In this document: positions 38,901 through 48,586 of the stretch, piece by piece | Layout of the letters: each line of letters opens with the position of its first letter | Position numbering within the stretch: the first letter of the stretch is position 1 | Source: a virus | Virus record (IMG/VR): IMGVR_UViG_3300042402_001868 | Span: 1-64,000 of that record | Direction: 5' to 3' (one strand) | Length of the DNA: 64,000 bases | The notes under the pieces: generated by a model | Seen by the model: only the letters and a program-made list of their open reading frames with translations | What the model was told of the DNA's origin: nothing | Database searches by the model: none | Program-made: the position numbers and the translations under genes

Positions 38901-41900
38901 AGGAACAATTCTTTCAGCAGAGCTGTTGAGCAATGCCAACCTTGGTAAAGAATCTGCAGACTATCAAATTTACGAAAACTGGGCAGTACAACGTGCAGTA
39001 TACGGCGCCAATGCTAACCGTAGCTTTGTTGAACTAAAATTAAATCGCGCACTACTAAGTGCCAACCCAAGTCTAGTACAGGTTATCCAACCCCAAGAAC
39101 AAAGCCAAGCTGATCAAACTATTTTCTTGAGCAATGTATGGCGACAGAGTTACAAGCTAACTTCGCCAGACTTCTTACCTACCACAATGACCGAAGTCAC
39201 AGACACCGCCTTACCAAGTGCGGGATATGTTAACCTTGAAGATGCTGATATCACCACATTTGATCTTGGCACAAGATCTACTATTGCTGCCAACTTAGGA
39301 TTGGTAAGTGTTGGTGCCACTGTTTGGGTAGCCAAAGTCAACAACTACGACTGGGACATTTATCGTTGTGTTAATATTCCTGGATTTATTGACCACGTGT
39401 GTGACAATTTGGATGGAACATCAATTGTAAACTTTACAAAACCACACGGCTTGTCTGTAGGCGATCGACTGATTATCAAGCAGTTTGATGTGAGAATTGA
39501 TGGCGTATATCGTGTGCTAACTGTTCAGGGCATTAACCGTGTTACTATTGCTTATACATTTACACCTGGAGGCCAAACAGTCATCAACGGCGTTGGCATT
39601 GGATTTACACTGCAAACTCAACGTGTTGCACAAGCCAGCGACATTATAAATTTACCTTACACAGATGATATTCAAACAGGTGCCAAAGTATGGGTAGACA
39701 ACGACGGCACGGGACATTGGCAAGTTTTACAAAAAGAAAACCAGTTCTCGGATGTTATTGAACTAGCACCAGTACTGCTAGATGCAACTGAAGCATATGG
39801 GCAAAGTGTTACCCAAGCTCGTAATCGTTTTGCCGCATTGGTAGGTAGTCCACGTTATGGATTCCCAACAGGTGCAGAGCAAGGTGCTGTGTATGTGTAT
39901 GTTAAAAACTACAGTGATCAATACGCACCAGTGAGTCCAGTGGCCAATGGCGATGCTATTTTAACACTTGACATAACTGGTGTGCGGGGATATGGTAATG
40001 CAGTAGACTTTGGCAATCAAACATGGGCAGTAGCAGGTGCCAGCAAAAGTCTAGGCCCGGCCAGCGAAGTTGATGTAGGATACGCCGCAGTAATTTACCG
40101 TGATCCAAGTCTTGGTGAGCCCGGTGTGATTCCTTATGTACAGTGGCAGTTGTTGATATCTCCTAACAATATCGAACCAGGCTTGTTTGGACACAGTGTG
40201 GCAATCAGCACAGACGAACGTTGGTTGTATGTTGGTGCTCCTGCTGCCAACAAAGTTTATGCATATGGACAGGTTGACTGGCAAGATCAGTTTGTCAAAG
40301 TAAGAGGCGACGGTGTTACCAAGACCTTTAACATATCTCAAACCATACAAATTAATGCTGCCACTCAGTTGCTTGTGACAGTAGACGGAACAGAGCAGGC
40401 TCTTGGTACAGACTATACAGTTGACAGCAGCCTGGCTGTAGTGACTTTTGCAACTGCACCAGCAGTTGGTGTTTTAGTTGACATTCATCGCTACAATCGT
40501 AAAAACATTGACGGCGGCAATTACTACAACGTTACAACTCCAACTACCTCTGGAGCAGGATCAGGTGCTGAGTTTACTATTAGACGAGTTCGAAATGAAG
40601 TAGGACAACCAGGTAGTGTTTCTGGCGGTGTAGGCGTCACATTTGGTGGTACCGGATATGCCGGCGGCGATACTATAACATTTGCACCAAGCAAATTTGG
40701 CGGTCAGGTAAACTTGATTTTAACCGTTAGCACGGTTGGATCAGGTGGATCAGTTGAGACCTTTACTATTGCATACGGCCCAGGGGGACTAACACTAACA
40801 ACTGTATTCTCATTAAACGAATTCTTCTTCACAGTTGATAACATTTATTCATTCTCTGTATATGTCAATGAGGTGTTGTATCGACCAGGTATTGATTATA
40901 CATTTAATACTGGAACTAAAGACATAACATTTGTAACAGTTCCTGCTGCCGGTACTTTAATCACAGTGCAAGCTCAGAGTTATTATGAATATGTTGACAC
41001 ACTAACCATTGCTGGACTGGCAGCCGATGCGCAATTTGGTTACAGCGTGACCACCACAGTTGATGGCCGCCAGGTCATGGTTGGTTGCAAAGACGAAGAC
41101 ATTGATGGCAAAGTTGATGCTGGCAGTGTGTATGTGTTTGATCGTAATGTCCAACGTTTCATATACGGAACTGATCCTAGTTCAACCATGTTCACAGTGT
41201 TAGGCACAGTGACTGCACCTGTGAGTGTTATAGTAAACAATGTGTTTTTGATAAACCAAACAGATAGCATTATTGGAGCACCAAACAGTTTCACAGTTGC
41301 TGGTAATGACATTACGATCAACTCGGATTTGCAAATTGGCGATGTAATTGATATTGAAACAAATCAATTTTCATTGATGCAACAAGTTATACAACAGACT
41401 GTGAATTCGTCTAGTGCGGTTGTTGACAACCCAATGGAGTTTACTAATTTTGGCCATGCTGTAGATATCTGTACATACAGTTGTAGTTTGTACATTGGTG
41501 CACCACAAGACAGTACCAACGGCTGGAAAGCTGGTAGTGTTCAACGCAACGTGAATCAAAGTAGAATATATGGCAGCACGGTAACATTAACCAAAGATCC
41601 TGTATTAACTCCTGGCGATACGTTACGAGTTAATAATCAAGATATTGAAATTTTATTCCCCACTGCTGAACAGACCAGTCTTCAGCGCCTGGCACAGTCT
41701 ATTACAGAAACTGTGCCAAACGTCGTGGCCAGTGTAGCCAATGGGTATTTGACCATTGCTGTGGCCAACACCACAGCCGCAGCCCCCACTAATAAACTTC
41801 AGGTGGCACCGGGTTCAGTGGGATCTGCGTTTGATGACATTGGATTTACTACATTTGTTTACACACAAAGTATTTACAGTCCTTACCCAGTAGATTTTGC

Positions 41901-44900
41901 AGGGTTTGGATCAAGTCTCAGCATAGATGATTCGGCTGTTAACCTAGTGGTAGGAGCACCTCGTGGTACATTATATTTGATCACAATCTTTGATGATGGC
42001 ACGACAGACTTTGATGAGAACAGCACAATCTTCTTCTCAGAAGTGGTACAAAGTGGAGCGGTGTACACATATGACTATCTGCGCAGTGCAAACGAAAGCG
42101 CAACCAATCCAGGCAAGTTTGTGTTTGGTTTACAAATAACTGACAGCAACATTTATTCATATGATGTGTTTGGCGCATCGGTAAGCTATGTTGACGGAGT
42201 GTTAATGGTTGGTGCATCAGGAAACGATGCTACGGCTGCCGACAGTTCGGGTTCTAATTATGGTCGTGTGTTTGTGTTTGAAAATGCCACTCGTACACCA
42301 GCTTGGACACCAATAAGAGTACAACAGCCAGTGGTAGATATTCGTCTGTTAAATTCAGTGTTCACATACGATGTACTAACCAGTGCAAGAACACAGCAAT
42401 TTGATTTCTTCGACCCACTACAAGGAAAAATCCTTGGAGCAGCCAAACAAAATATCAATTACATAAGTGCAATTGATCCAGCAGGGTATAATGTTGGCCC
42501 AGTTAACAATTTGGGCAATACTTGGCTGGGCGAACATGTAGGTCAAGTTTGGTGGGATATTAGCACAGTGAGATTTATTGATCCCAACCAAGATGATATC
42601 GTGTATGCAAGTCGTCGTTGGGGACAAGTGTTTCCGGGCAGTTCCATTGACATGTATCAATGGATTCAATCTAGTGTGCCGCCAGCAACATATACCGGCG
42701 AAGGTACACCGTTGAATGTTTACTCGTATACGGTGAGTACAAGATTAGGTATTGACGGTACGTTTAATACCTATTACTATTTCTGGGTCAAAGGACTTAC
42801 AACTGTTGCTACTCAACAAGGCAAGACGTTGTCTCCACAGACTGTGGCCAACTATATTGAAAATCCCAAAGCCAGTGGAATTGCATACATTGCTCCGGTG
42901 AATGCAAGTACTATAGCAATTTACAATGCCACGACAATCATTGAAGCAGAAGACACAGTGATCAGTGTTGAATTTGATCGCGAATATACCGATAATAATG
43001 TTCACGTTGAGTATGAGTTGATTGCTCAAGGCAAGTCGGATGCATTCCTGAGCACCAACTTGTACCGCAAACTGCAAGATAGTTTCTGTGGTGTTGACAC
43101 TGCTGGCAATTTAGTCCCAGATCCTACATTAAATGCCGCTGAACGTTACGGAGTACAGTTCCGTCCACGCCAGTCAATGTTTGTGGATCGCTTTGAAGCT
43201 CTAAAAAACTACATTGTGCGCACAAACAATGTGTTATCATTGTACCCAATTGTTGAGAATCGCAGTTTTGTGCTGTTAAATTCTAGCGAACCAGAGCCGC
43301 CATCAACGGCTGTTGGCGTTACGAATTGGAACATGCGTGTGGCCAACTTGGAAATTTTAAGTTTCCAAGATATCAATGCGGTGCCAATTGGTTACAAATA
43401 TTTGGTTGCCAGTGACAGCCGAAATAACGGACTATGGACCATTTACACAGTGCAATATGGCCAAGGTGTGTTGATCGGTGTAAAAGAGCTGGTGTTAACT
43501 CGTGTGCAAAACTACGACACTCGTAGATACTGGAGTTATGTCAATTGGTATCGACCAGGATATAACTCAAGTACCAAAATTATTGCTGAAGTTCCTAACT
43601 ACAGTGCATTGGCAGCAGTTAGTGTACCAATCGGATCTAGTGTAGAAGTTATTTCTAACGCTCAGGGTAAGTTTGAAATTTACTTGTTTACTGAACTTGG
43701 CTGGGAACGTGTGGGATTACAAGACGGCACAATTGAAATTTCTGCAGAAATTTATAACTATGCCCTGGGACGATTTGGATTTGACGTTGAAGTATTTGAT
43801 GCACAGTACTACGATCAAGAACCTGTGATTGAAACACGCAAGATTATTCAAGCCATCAATGAAGAATTGTTTATCGACGAACTTGCAATTGAACGTAACA
43901 AAGCATTGACCCTGATGTTTAACTTTGTGTTGAGTGAATTCTCTGCGCCTGAATGGTTGGTTAAAACATCACTGATTGATGTGGATCACAATATTCGTAA
44001 CCTAGAACCATTCCAAAACTATCGCCAGGACAATCAAGAGTTTGTGCTTGACTACATCCAAGAAGTCAAACCTTATCACGTGCAAATTCGTGAATTTAAC
44101 TTGTTGTACAACGGTCAAGATGCATACGCTGGCGACATAACTGACTTTGATGTGCCAGCATACTATAACACCAGTTTGGTTGTGCCACAATACACCAGTC
44201 CAATTTTGAATATTGATGATACTACTGATCCTCGTTATCAACAACCGTACTTGCATAGCACACATCAACAGGACAACACATTAAGTGATACGCCACCATC
44301 AAGCCTAGTATGGCAAGCATGGCCATATAGCCAATGGATCAACAATTACTTGTTGAATTTGCAAAGTATCAAGATGGTCACTGGCGGTAGCGGCTACACT
44401 GAAGCACCCACAGTCACACTCGATGGTGATGCAACAACACCGGCGATACTGCAAGCATTCCTAGGCCCAGTTACTGAGTCAGGCACAGCATCGGTATTGT
44501 ACATTGCAATCATCGATGCAGGTTCAGGATATTATGCAACACCCACTGTGGTGTTTAGCGGAGGCAATGGATCTGGTGCACAAGCATATGCAGTGATAGG
44601 TAATGATCTTGTTCGTAGTTTCCGCACAGTTATCAAATACGACCGATATCAATACCAAACAAATATTCTAACCTGGAACACAAACGGCACCTACGAAGAT
44701 GGTACGCTGGTTAGATATGACGATCAAGTTTGGAGAGCTGCCAGTACTGACTCAACAGCAGTAGTTGGGCCAACATTTAATTTAGATCAATGGCAATTGG
44801 TTCCTGCTAATGATCTTAGCGGTGTTGATCGTACCATGGGTTACTATGTGCCAGGTGTGAACGAGCCTGGAGTTGATTTACCTCTGCTGATTGACGGCAT

Positions 44901-47784
44901 TGGTTATCCCGGGGTTCAGGTATGGGGCGATTACTTCTTGGGTAGCAATCCCAATAGTACACAACTTGAATGCACTGCAACCTCAGCAACCAACAATCAA
45001 ATTACCTGCGCCAACACTCTAGGACTACAAGCAACTGCACCAATCAAGTTTTTGGGCACTACGTTTGGTGGAATACAACAAGATGTTAACTATTTTGTAA
45101 AAGACATTGTTGATCAAACGCATTTTACTATTTGTACAGATGTAGGTGGATTTGCACTTGATTTAACAACAGCAACCGGCTCCATGCAAGCCATCAGCTT
45201 GCAAATTTTAGACGCTGTATACTCCAGCAGTTTTGGTGACATTTATCTAGGCACTAGATATTCGGATATCAACATTGATGGTGGTGAATTCATTGGATTG
45301 TACGAAGGACATGCACCCGAAGAATTAGTCAATGGTGCTGAATTTGATACCCTGGACATGCGTGTGTACACACGCCCGGGATCAGACTGGTCGTTATACA
45401 ATAACATTGCCGGCGCAGACGGACACGGCTTCCAAATTTCCAGCCGTCGATATGTCTACGAAACAGACCAATTGTTAAACTGGGATGGCCTAGTAGAAAA
45501 CCCAGTGCACCTTGAAGTTAGTAATGTTAATACAGGACTAGATCTTGTGCCCGATGTAGACTTTGTTGTTGATTGGGTTAACCGCACTGTTGATATGATT
45601 GCTAGAGTTTCTGTTGGTGAAATTGTAAATATCTCAGCGTACGAACTAGGTGGCGGAAGTCAATTGTATCGACAAAATTATGTTGGTAGTGATGTTTTGG
45701 ATACACTGATAGTTCCGGTAAATTCTACCGAAATTTATCAAGCTGTATTATTCGTCAATGGCGTTCTTACTCCAGTAGATAGTTGGGAACCATACTATCC
45801 AGGAACAGAGTGGGATCAGTTGATTGCTTACAACAAACTTGATGTAGTGTATACTACTGGACCTACAACTTATTATCGAGCATTACAAAATGTCATTGCT
45901 GGAATTGATATTACCAATGCCGCATACTGGCAAGAGTTTGTACCAGTAACACTGAGTAAAATCACACTGGATCAAGAGTACTCTAGTACCGATGCTCTCA
46001 ATATCACAATACTTGGATTCACAACTCCAGTACAATATTCCTGGAGTACTCTGCAAACTGAATATTTTGCAGTTACACCGGCAATCAATACTAGTAAAAC
46101 TGTGAATTTAACCAATTCAGTTGCTGGCACAAACATACCTAACATGATTGTGGAAATTGATGGCATTAGATTGCGCCCATATGAAGGCATTGAGTGGATT
46201 GGAGATAACAGTTCCACCAGCTTTGGGTTGCCACAACGAGGTGGCTATCCGCAATCAATTATCAATCCCATCATTGACGTTACGGTTTTTGTGGACGACG
46301 TGTTGCAAACACAAAGTTTTGGTGCATTCACTGGAGACTACAGCGTGAGCAACTGGGATGGTTCTAACACGCCAGGTCGTCAGGTACAGTTTATAACCGC
46401 TCCTGATTATGGTGCTAGAATTTTAATATCAGTAAGTGTTGCGGCATCGTACTTTGTGTCAGGCTCGCAATTGCAGTTGATTAGTCCTCCGCCTGTCGGA
46501 GCCACTATCTCTGTGGGTACATTTAATGATACATCACAACAAAATATATTGACTCAAGTTTATCAAGGTCCTATTGTAGGAGGTGTTGTAATTGATGAAC
46601 CATATGATACTACTGCATTTGACACCGGAGTAGTTAACAATGATCCAGGATCATACGACTACTCTGAAGGTATTCCTTTGCTATCAAATCAATTTGACCT
46701 TGGCAGACCCGGTGTTGACGCAAGCCGACTTTGGGTAACACTCAATGGTTATAGATTATTTGATGGTCAAGACTACACAGTACAAGGACAATACGTAATT
46801 TTTGCTGGCGGAGCAATTGCTTCTAGTGATATTGCAGTAATCCAACAATTTACCAATAGTGTTGTTCCAGAAGCTATGGCTTTCCGTGTGTTCCAGGACA
46901 TGCGTGGAGTACAGGCAACTTATAGAATTACACCCAGCACAACTACAGAGTTAGTACAAAGCATGTCCGCAACAGCTGACATTGCATATGTGCGTGATGC
47001 GACTCACCTAACAGAACCTGATTTAATAAACGGGATATTTGGTGTATGCACTATTGGCGGTGAACGCATCATGTATCGTACTCGTAACACTGCTATGAAT
47101 ACTATTTCAGGACTCATGAGAGGTACTGCTGGTACTGGTGCTGACAACCATATTGTTGGTGACCCAGTGTATGACATGGGTCGTGGCAATTTGTTAGGCG
47201 AAGAATACCAAGATCGAATCATCAAAGATGACACATTAGCAGACGGATCAACCACTATATTCTATGCCCCTAGCATCTATCTACCTATTGTGGATCCTAA
47301 AGATTCTAGTACTGTGTACATTGATCACAGCATCGAAGTGTATGTTGGTGGTATTCGTCAGTATCCCATAACAGAAGTTGATACACCTAGTCAATATCGC
47401 TACACCATCTTTACTGTAGATCCATTGGTACCTGGTAACCCCTACACAATTGGCGTAGAATTTATCACTGATAATGATCCGTACAATCCGTTAGTGGCTC
47501 CAGCCGCTGGATCTGCTGTTACTATTGCACAACGTCGTGGATATTTCTGGTACAACAACGGTGCTGTTCGTCCAGTAACCACAGCAATTGCCAGCGATAG
47601 CTACTTTATTAATGCGTTAGGAAATACTGATTTTACCCTAATTGGCGCACCAGAAAACACCGTGGGAATATTGTTTGTTGCCACCGGACCAGGCACTGGA
47701 ACTGGCACAATAAGCACTGTTTCGGATGGTGTTGCTTTACAAGAAACTAACACACAAGCCGCAAGGTTCTTGCGTGGTTTATAA
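32935..47784 (+). CDS. Giant (4949 aa) baseplate wedge/adhesin-like structural protein
   Basis: Uninterrupted 14.85-kb ORF after gp6. It has a gp7-like FLPEIFQT N-terminus, the EVKPYH motif, cupredoxin-like units, about seven FG-GAP repeats and many 'DY.V' Ig-like units. Confidence 0.8.
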   Translation: MAKVRSVDFLPEIFQTDVNKQFLAATLDQLIQEPKFKKTQGFIGRTVGPGVNPNEKYVVEPTKVRADYQLEPGIVSLKPDTNTIEDVITYPGLLDSIDYQGGSSARPDRLFESEYYTWDPFVDWDTFINFSQYFWLPGGPGAVDVAATGVPATDNFVVTRANGVYTFSGLNGDNPTVDLVRGGSYTFQVAQNDKETVNYRVTNSGTSAYVIDYVNNPTLTLTRGNTYVFNLNLNGVYPFYIKTAATTGLNNVYSSGVTNNGAVTGLVTFVVPQDAPDTLYYSSATQSNMRGQINIIDGTAGTGAGFWIQAAPGISGKIPATPNISSRDVYGVTNNGEDLGTITFNVPTKTAQQFYYDLPSLGSVDLLTDLRFDQINNITVADFIATYGGIDGITALDGRTLVFEGTSIDTDQGGWTKTTFFDPLTQSDSFTGQPGSYDSLLYAQQLEVPVSQRRGIWQINYVNNAGFVYISLTNVGNINDLEKFTILYGNVYASTGWFKNDAGVFKQIPLLTASQDTLYYQDGTDPGIFGRIRLIDQTQSSTLYIDEIIGKKNYTSPNGVAFTNGLKVVFRGDVVPSSYINTEYYISGVGVAIRLLPVSNFVCPETYVVDADTSTIDTEPSTLDYLTIDRASLDLNAWSRSNRWFHVDVINATAKYNNTEVTIDNQYRAKRPIIQFRAGIRLFNMGTEGKQPVNVIDFAESDAFSNVEGSTGYTVDGYNFVQGSRVIFAKDADANVRNKIWIVNFVSPDSISPVISQPIINLTLAADGDVLIDQSTVCLDGDTLTGVTFWYNGVEWTEAQLKTKVQQAPLFNVYDADSISFGNKVTYPSTTFVGSKLFSYAQGTTGILDPILQFPLQYLNLNNVGDIVFENNLYKDTFLYVRDNVSTTSLISSGFPREYATRLLYNRLLGWNTAITPSQVRQQFKFTYDGRPLLLDIQAQSDGIVPAVKIYVGSKFKDPGTYTLATTSNSSTITLDDTYVIGDIVEILVLSDQTSQAAFYQVPINIENNPLNGNSDAFTLGTIRTHYESICENLITLTGTINGANNTRDLGAIGPYGLIILQQSSPLTLAGYFNRSKEYNIFASLQYNSREYQKFKDLLMNEVTNLTLYTETPAEILVEAMANITLGRLESNPFYWSDMVPSGSVYIENKYTVSLITTNVFDTVQVYNYTSSNYLGLLVYKNNELLTRGFDYTVATDGPRITILTPLAVGDVIAIQEYSATYGNFVPNTPTKMGLYPSFRPVITTINATSGPRLVIVGHDGSQTPVFGDVRDQVLLEFETRIFNNLKLDGNPVPINVSDVIPGQFRSTGYSSAEINDILNVDFLSYVGWNKLDYNTQNYIASNEFSWNYSGSQNKLTTSQNLIGSWRGIYKYFYDTQDPAKTPWEMLGFSIRPSWWNDVYGPGPYTSENMVLWDDLEAGIVANPQGSYVLPAYIRPNLTQVIPVDSEGNLVSPFECVVSNYNETTFQKSWSTGDGSPVEASWWNSSAYPFAIMRLYALTIPAKFYALYADRDLYRYQAEFGQFLYNDRYRLDANGIQVYGNGTSKASFINWIVDYNRVTGINSTTALEANLASIDVRLCYRLASFTDKQYIKLYTEKSSPNSLNATLMIPDESYDLLLYKNQPFDRLIYSSVVIQIVEGGYAVYGYSTTQPYFDILVSQSAGRLKPYTVGDVTVRVPTTYTNTVAQVPYGYVFTNQTSVCDFLLSYGKLLNEQGLVFDDRVNGYQLDWDQMVVEFLYWSQQGWENNCLINLNPLASALTITKPGAVVDSIITQTSENVILDQNKRELPTRNINIVRLENTLTLQPLTDQSLSFADLRFTNFEHMIVLNNQSVFGDLIYEPITGARQSRLNFVGITSTEWNGTVDAQGFILNQDNVEEWSGLKKYSKGQIVKYKDQYWSAMVIVDPSTEFDFNKWSKSDYSQIELGLLPNIANKANQLQNSYSVNTANLEGDNDLLSYGLIGFRPREYMAALNLDDVSQVNVYSQFLGSKGTILSAELLSNANLGKESADYQIYENWAVQRAVYGANANRSFVELKLNRALLSANPSLVQVIQPQEQSQADQTIFLSNVWRQSYKLTSPDFLPTTMTEVTDTALPSAGYVNLEDADITTFDLGTRSTIAANLGLVSVGATVWVAKVNNYDWDIYRCVNIPGFIDHVCDNLDGTSIVNFTKPHGLSVGDRLIIKQFDVRIDGVYRVLTVQGINRVTIAYTFTPGGQTVINGVGIGFTLQTQRVAQASDIINLPYTDDIQTGAKVWVDNDGTGHWQVLQKENQFSDVIELAPVLLDATEAYGQSVTQARNRFAALVGSPRYGFPTGAEQGAVYVYVKNYSDQYAPVSPVANGDAILTLDITGVRGYGNAVDFGNQTWAVAGASKSLGPASEVDVGYAAVIYRDPSLGEPGVIPYVQWQLLISPNNIEPGLFGHSVAISTDERWLYVGAPAANKVYAYGQVDWQDQFVKVRGDGVTKTFNISQTIQINAATQLLVTVDGTEQALGTDYTVDSSLAVVTFATAPAVGVLVDIHRYNRKNIDGGNYYNVTTPTTSGAGSGAEFTIRRVRNEVGQPGSVSGGVGVTFGGTGYAGGDTITFAPSKFGGQVNLILTVSTVGSGGSVETFTIAYGPGGLTLTTVFSLNEFFFTVDNIYSFSVYVNEVLYRPGIDYTFNTGTKDITFVTVPAAGTLITVQAQSYYEYVDTLTIAGLAADAQFGYSVTTTVDGRQVMVGCKDEDIDGKVDAGSVYVFDRNVQRFIYGTDPSSTMFTVLGTVTAPVSVIVNNVFLINQTDSIIGAPNSFTVAGNDITINSDLQIGDVIDIETNQFSLMQQVIQQTVNSSSAVVDNPMEFTNFGHAVDICTYSCSLYIGAPQDSTNGWKAGSVQRNVNQSRIYGSTVTLTKDPVLTPGDTLRVNNQDIEILFPTAEQTSLQRLAQSITETVPNVVASVANGYLTIAVANTTAAAPTNKLQVAPGSVGSAFDDIGFTTFVYTQSIYSPYPVDFAGFGSSLSIDDSAVNLVVGAPRGTLYLITIFDDGTTDFDENSTIFFSEVVQSGAVYTYDYLRSANESATNPGKFVFGLQITDSNIYSYDVFGASVSYVDGVLMVGASGNDATAADSSGSNYGRVFVFENATRTPAWTPIRVQQPVVDIRLLNSVFTYDVLTSARTQQFDFFDPLQGKILGAAKQNINYISAIDPAGYNVGPVNNLGNTWLGEHVGQVWWDISTVRFIDPNQDDIVYASRRWGQVFPGSSIDMYQWIQSSVPPATYTGEGTPLNVYSYTVSTRLGIDGTFNTYYYFWVKGLTTVATQQGKTLSPQTVANYIENPKASGIAYIAPVNASTIAIYNATTIIEAEDTVISVEFDREYTDNNVHVEYELIAQGKSDAFLSTNLYRKLQDSFCGVDTAGNLVPDPTLNAAERYGVQFRPRQSMFVDRFEALKNYIVRTNNVLSLYPIVENRSFVLLNSSEPEPPSTAVGVTNWNMRVANLEILSFQDINAVPIGYKYLVASDSRNNGLWTIYTVQYGQGVLIGVKELVLTRVQNYDTRRYWSYVNWYRPGYNSSTKIIAEVPNYSALAAVSVPIGSSVEVISNAQGKFEIYLFTELGWERVGLQDGTIEISAEIYNYALGRFGFDVEVFDAQYYDQEPVIETRKIIQAINEELFIDELAIERNKALTLMFNFVLSEFSAPEWLVKTSLIDVDHNIRNLEPFQNYRQDNQEFVLDYIQEVKPYHVQIREFNLLYNGQDAYAGDITDFDVPAYYNTSLVVPQYTSPILNIDDTTDPRYQQPYLHSTHQQDNTLSDTPPSSLVWQAWPYSQWINNYLLNLQSIKMVTGGSGYTEAPTVTLDGDATTPAILQAFLGPVTESGTASVLYIAIIDAGSGYYATPTVVFSGGNGSGAQAYAVIGNDLVRSFRTVIKYDRYQYQTNILTWNTNGTYEDGTLVRYDDQVWRAASTDSTAVVGPTFNLDQWQLVPANDLSGVDRTMGYYVPGVNEPGVDLPLLIDGIGYPGVQVWGDYFLGSNPNSTQLECTATSATNNQITCANTLGLQATAPIKFLGTTFGGIQQDVNYFVKDIVDQTHFTICTDVGGFALDLTTATGSMQAISLQILDAVYSSSFGDIYLGTRYSDINIDGGEFIGLYEGHAPEELVNGAEFDTLDMRVYTRPGSDWSLYNNIAGADGHGFQISSRRYVYETDQLLNWDGLVENPVHLEVSNVNTGLDLVPDVDFVVDWVNRTVDMIARVSVGEIVNISAYELGGGSQLYRQNYVGSDVLDTLIVPVNSTEIYQAVLFVNGVLTPVDSWEPYYPGTEWDQLIAYNKLDVVYTTGPTTYYRALQNVIAGIDITNAAYWQEFVPVTLSKITLDQEYSSTDALNITILGFTTPVQYSWSTLQTEYFAVTPAINTSKTVNLTNSVAGTNIPNMIVEIDGIRLRPYEGIEWIGDNSSTSFGLPQRGGYPQSIINPIIDVTVFVDDVLQTQSFGAFTGDYSVSNWDGSNTPGRQVQFITAPDYGARILISVSVAASYFVSGSQLQLISPPPVGATISVGTFNDTSQQNILTQVYQGPIVGGVVIDEPYDTTAFDTGVVNNDPGSYDYSEGIPLLSNQFDLGRPGVDASRLWVTLNGYRLFDGQDYTVQGQYVIFAGGAIASSDIAVIQQFTNSVVPEAMAFRVFQDMRGVQATYRITPSTTTELVQSMSATADIAYVRDATHLTEPDLINGIFGVCTIGGERIMYRTRNTAMNTISGLMRGTAGTGADNHIVGDPVYDMGRGNLLGEEYQDRIIKDDTLADGSTTIFYAPSIYLPIVDPKDSSTVYIDHSIEVYVGGIRQYPITEVDTPSQYRYTIFTVDPLVPGNPYTIGVEFITDNDPYNPLVAPAAGSAVTIAQRRGYFWYNNGAVRPVTTAIASDSYFINALGNTDFTLIGAPENTVGILFVATGPGTGTGTISTVSDGVALQETNTQAARFLRGL

Positions 47785-47788
47785 CACG

Positions 47789-47796
47789 CATAAATA
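47789..47796 (+). promoter_or_regulatory. Late-promoter-like motif CATAAATA
   Basis: Lies 7 nt before the ATG at 47804. Confidence 0.55.
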
Positions 47797-47803
47797 AAAG
47801 ACC

Positions 47804-47956
47804 ATGTCAAACACAACGCCAAACAAGCCCGTAGCTACTGCTCCACAGCAGGAACGCCCACGTCGTCCAAACGAAATGGGCACAATCAGTGTACAGGCAC
47901 ATTTTAGAATCAGTGATCCAGTAACACAGAAAACCATTGTGGAGGGACGAGGATGA
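47804..47956 (+). CDS. Small 50-aa protein (not in the ORF track)
   Basis: MSNTTPNKPVATAPQQERPRRPNEMGTISVQAHFRISDPVTQKTIVEGRG*. It has its own late motif and an ATGA overlap with the next gene. Confidence 0.7.
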   Translation: MSNTTPNKPVATAPQQERPRRPNEMGTISVQAHFRISDPVTQKTIVEGRG

Positions 47957-48558
47957 TAACTCCCGGGCTTGCTAAGATCACAGGGCACGTTAAAATACAT
48001 GACCCTGCTAGCGGTGAGATTTTTTACAATGATCACAACGCTATTCACTACGAAAACATTTCAATTGCCATGGCACAAACCCTGGCAGATCGTAATACAG
48101 GATACATCTATCAAATGGCGTTTGGCAACGGAGGATCTAGTGTGGATCCCACAGGCGTTATTACCTATTTGCCCCCAAACACCACAGGTCAAAATGCTGA
48201 CCTGTACAATCAAACCTATGCCAAAGTAGTCAACGACAACTCGGCAGCAGACACAGATCCAGAAAATAACAAAATGACAGTGTTGCACACGTCTGGAAAC
48301 GTTTACACAGATATTTTGGTAAGTTGTTTGCTGGACTACGGCGAGCCACCCGAACAACAGGCATTTGATAACAGCACAAATTACAATGGTGAATATGTGT
48401 TTGACGAATTAGGGCTGAAAGCCTGGAACGGAAGTGCAGATAATCTGCGGTTAATTACGCACGTGATCTTCCACCCAGTGCAAAAGAGTTTGAATCGACA
48501 GATTCAAATCGACTATACATTGCGTATACAGACATTAAGCAATATTAATGCTGTATAA
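47953..48558 (+). CDS. Tail-fibre attachment / collar-like structural protein
   Basis: HNAIH..N, MAFGNGG, FDELGL and HVIFHPVQKS..IDYTLRI. It lies between baseplate and fibre genes. Confidence 0.55.
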   Translation: MITPGLAKITGHVKIHDPASGEIFYNDHNAIHYENISIAMAQTLADRNTGYIYQMAFGNGGSSVDPTGVITYLPPNTTGQNADLYNQTYAKVVNDNSAADTDPENNKMTVLHTSGNVYTDILVSCLLDYGEPPEQQAFDNSTNYNGEYVFDELGLKAWNGSADNLRLITHVIFHPVQKSLNRQIQIDYTLRIQTLSNINAV

Positions 48559-48561
48559 ATA
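48554..48561 (+). promoter_or_regulatory. T4-type late promoter TATAAATA
   Basis: Exact consensus overlapping the upstream stop, followed by AGGA and the ATG at 48587. Confidence 0.7.
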
Positions 48562-48586
48562 TTGATAACAGGAACAGGTAACTGAC

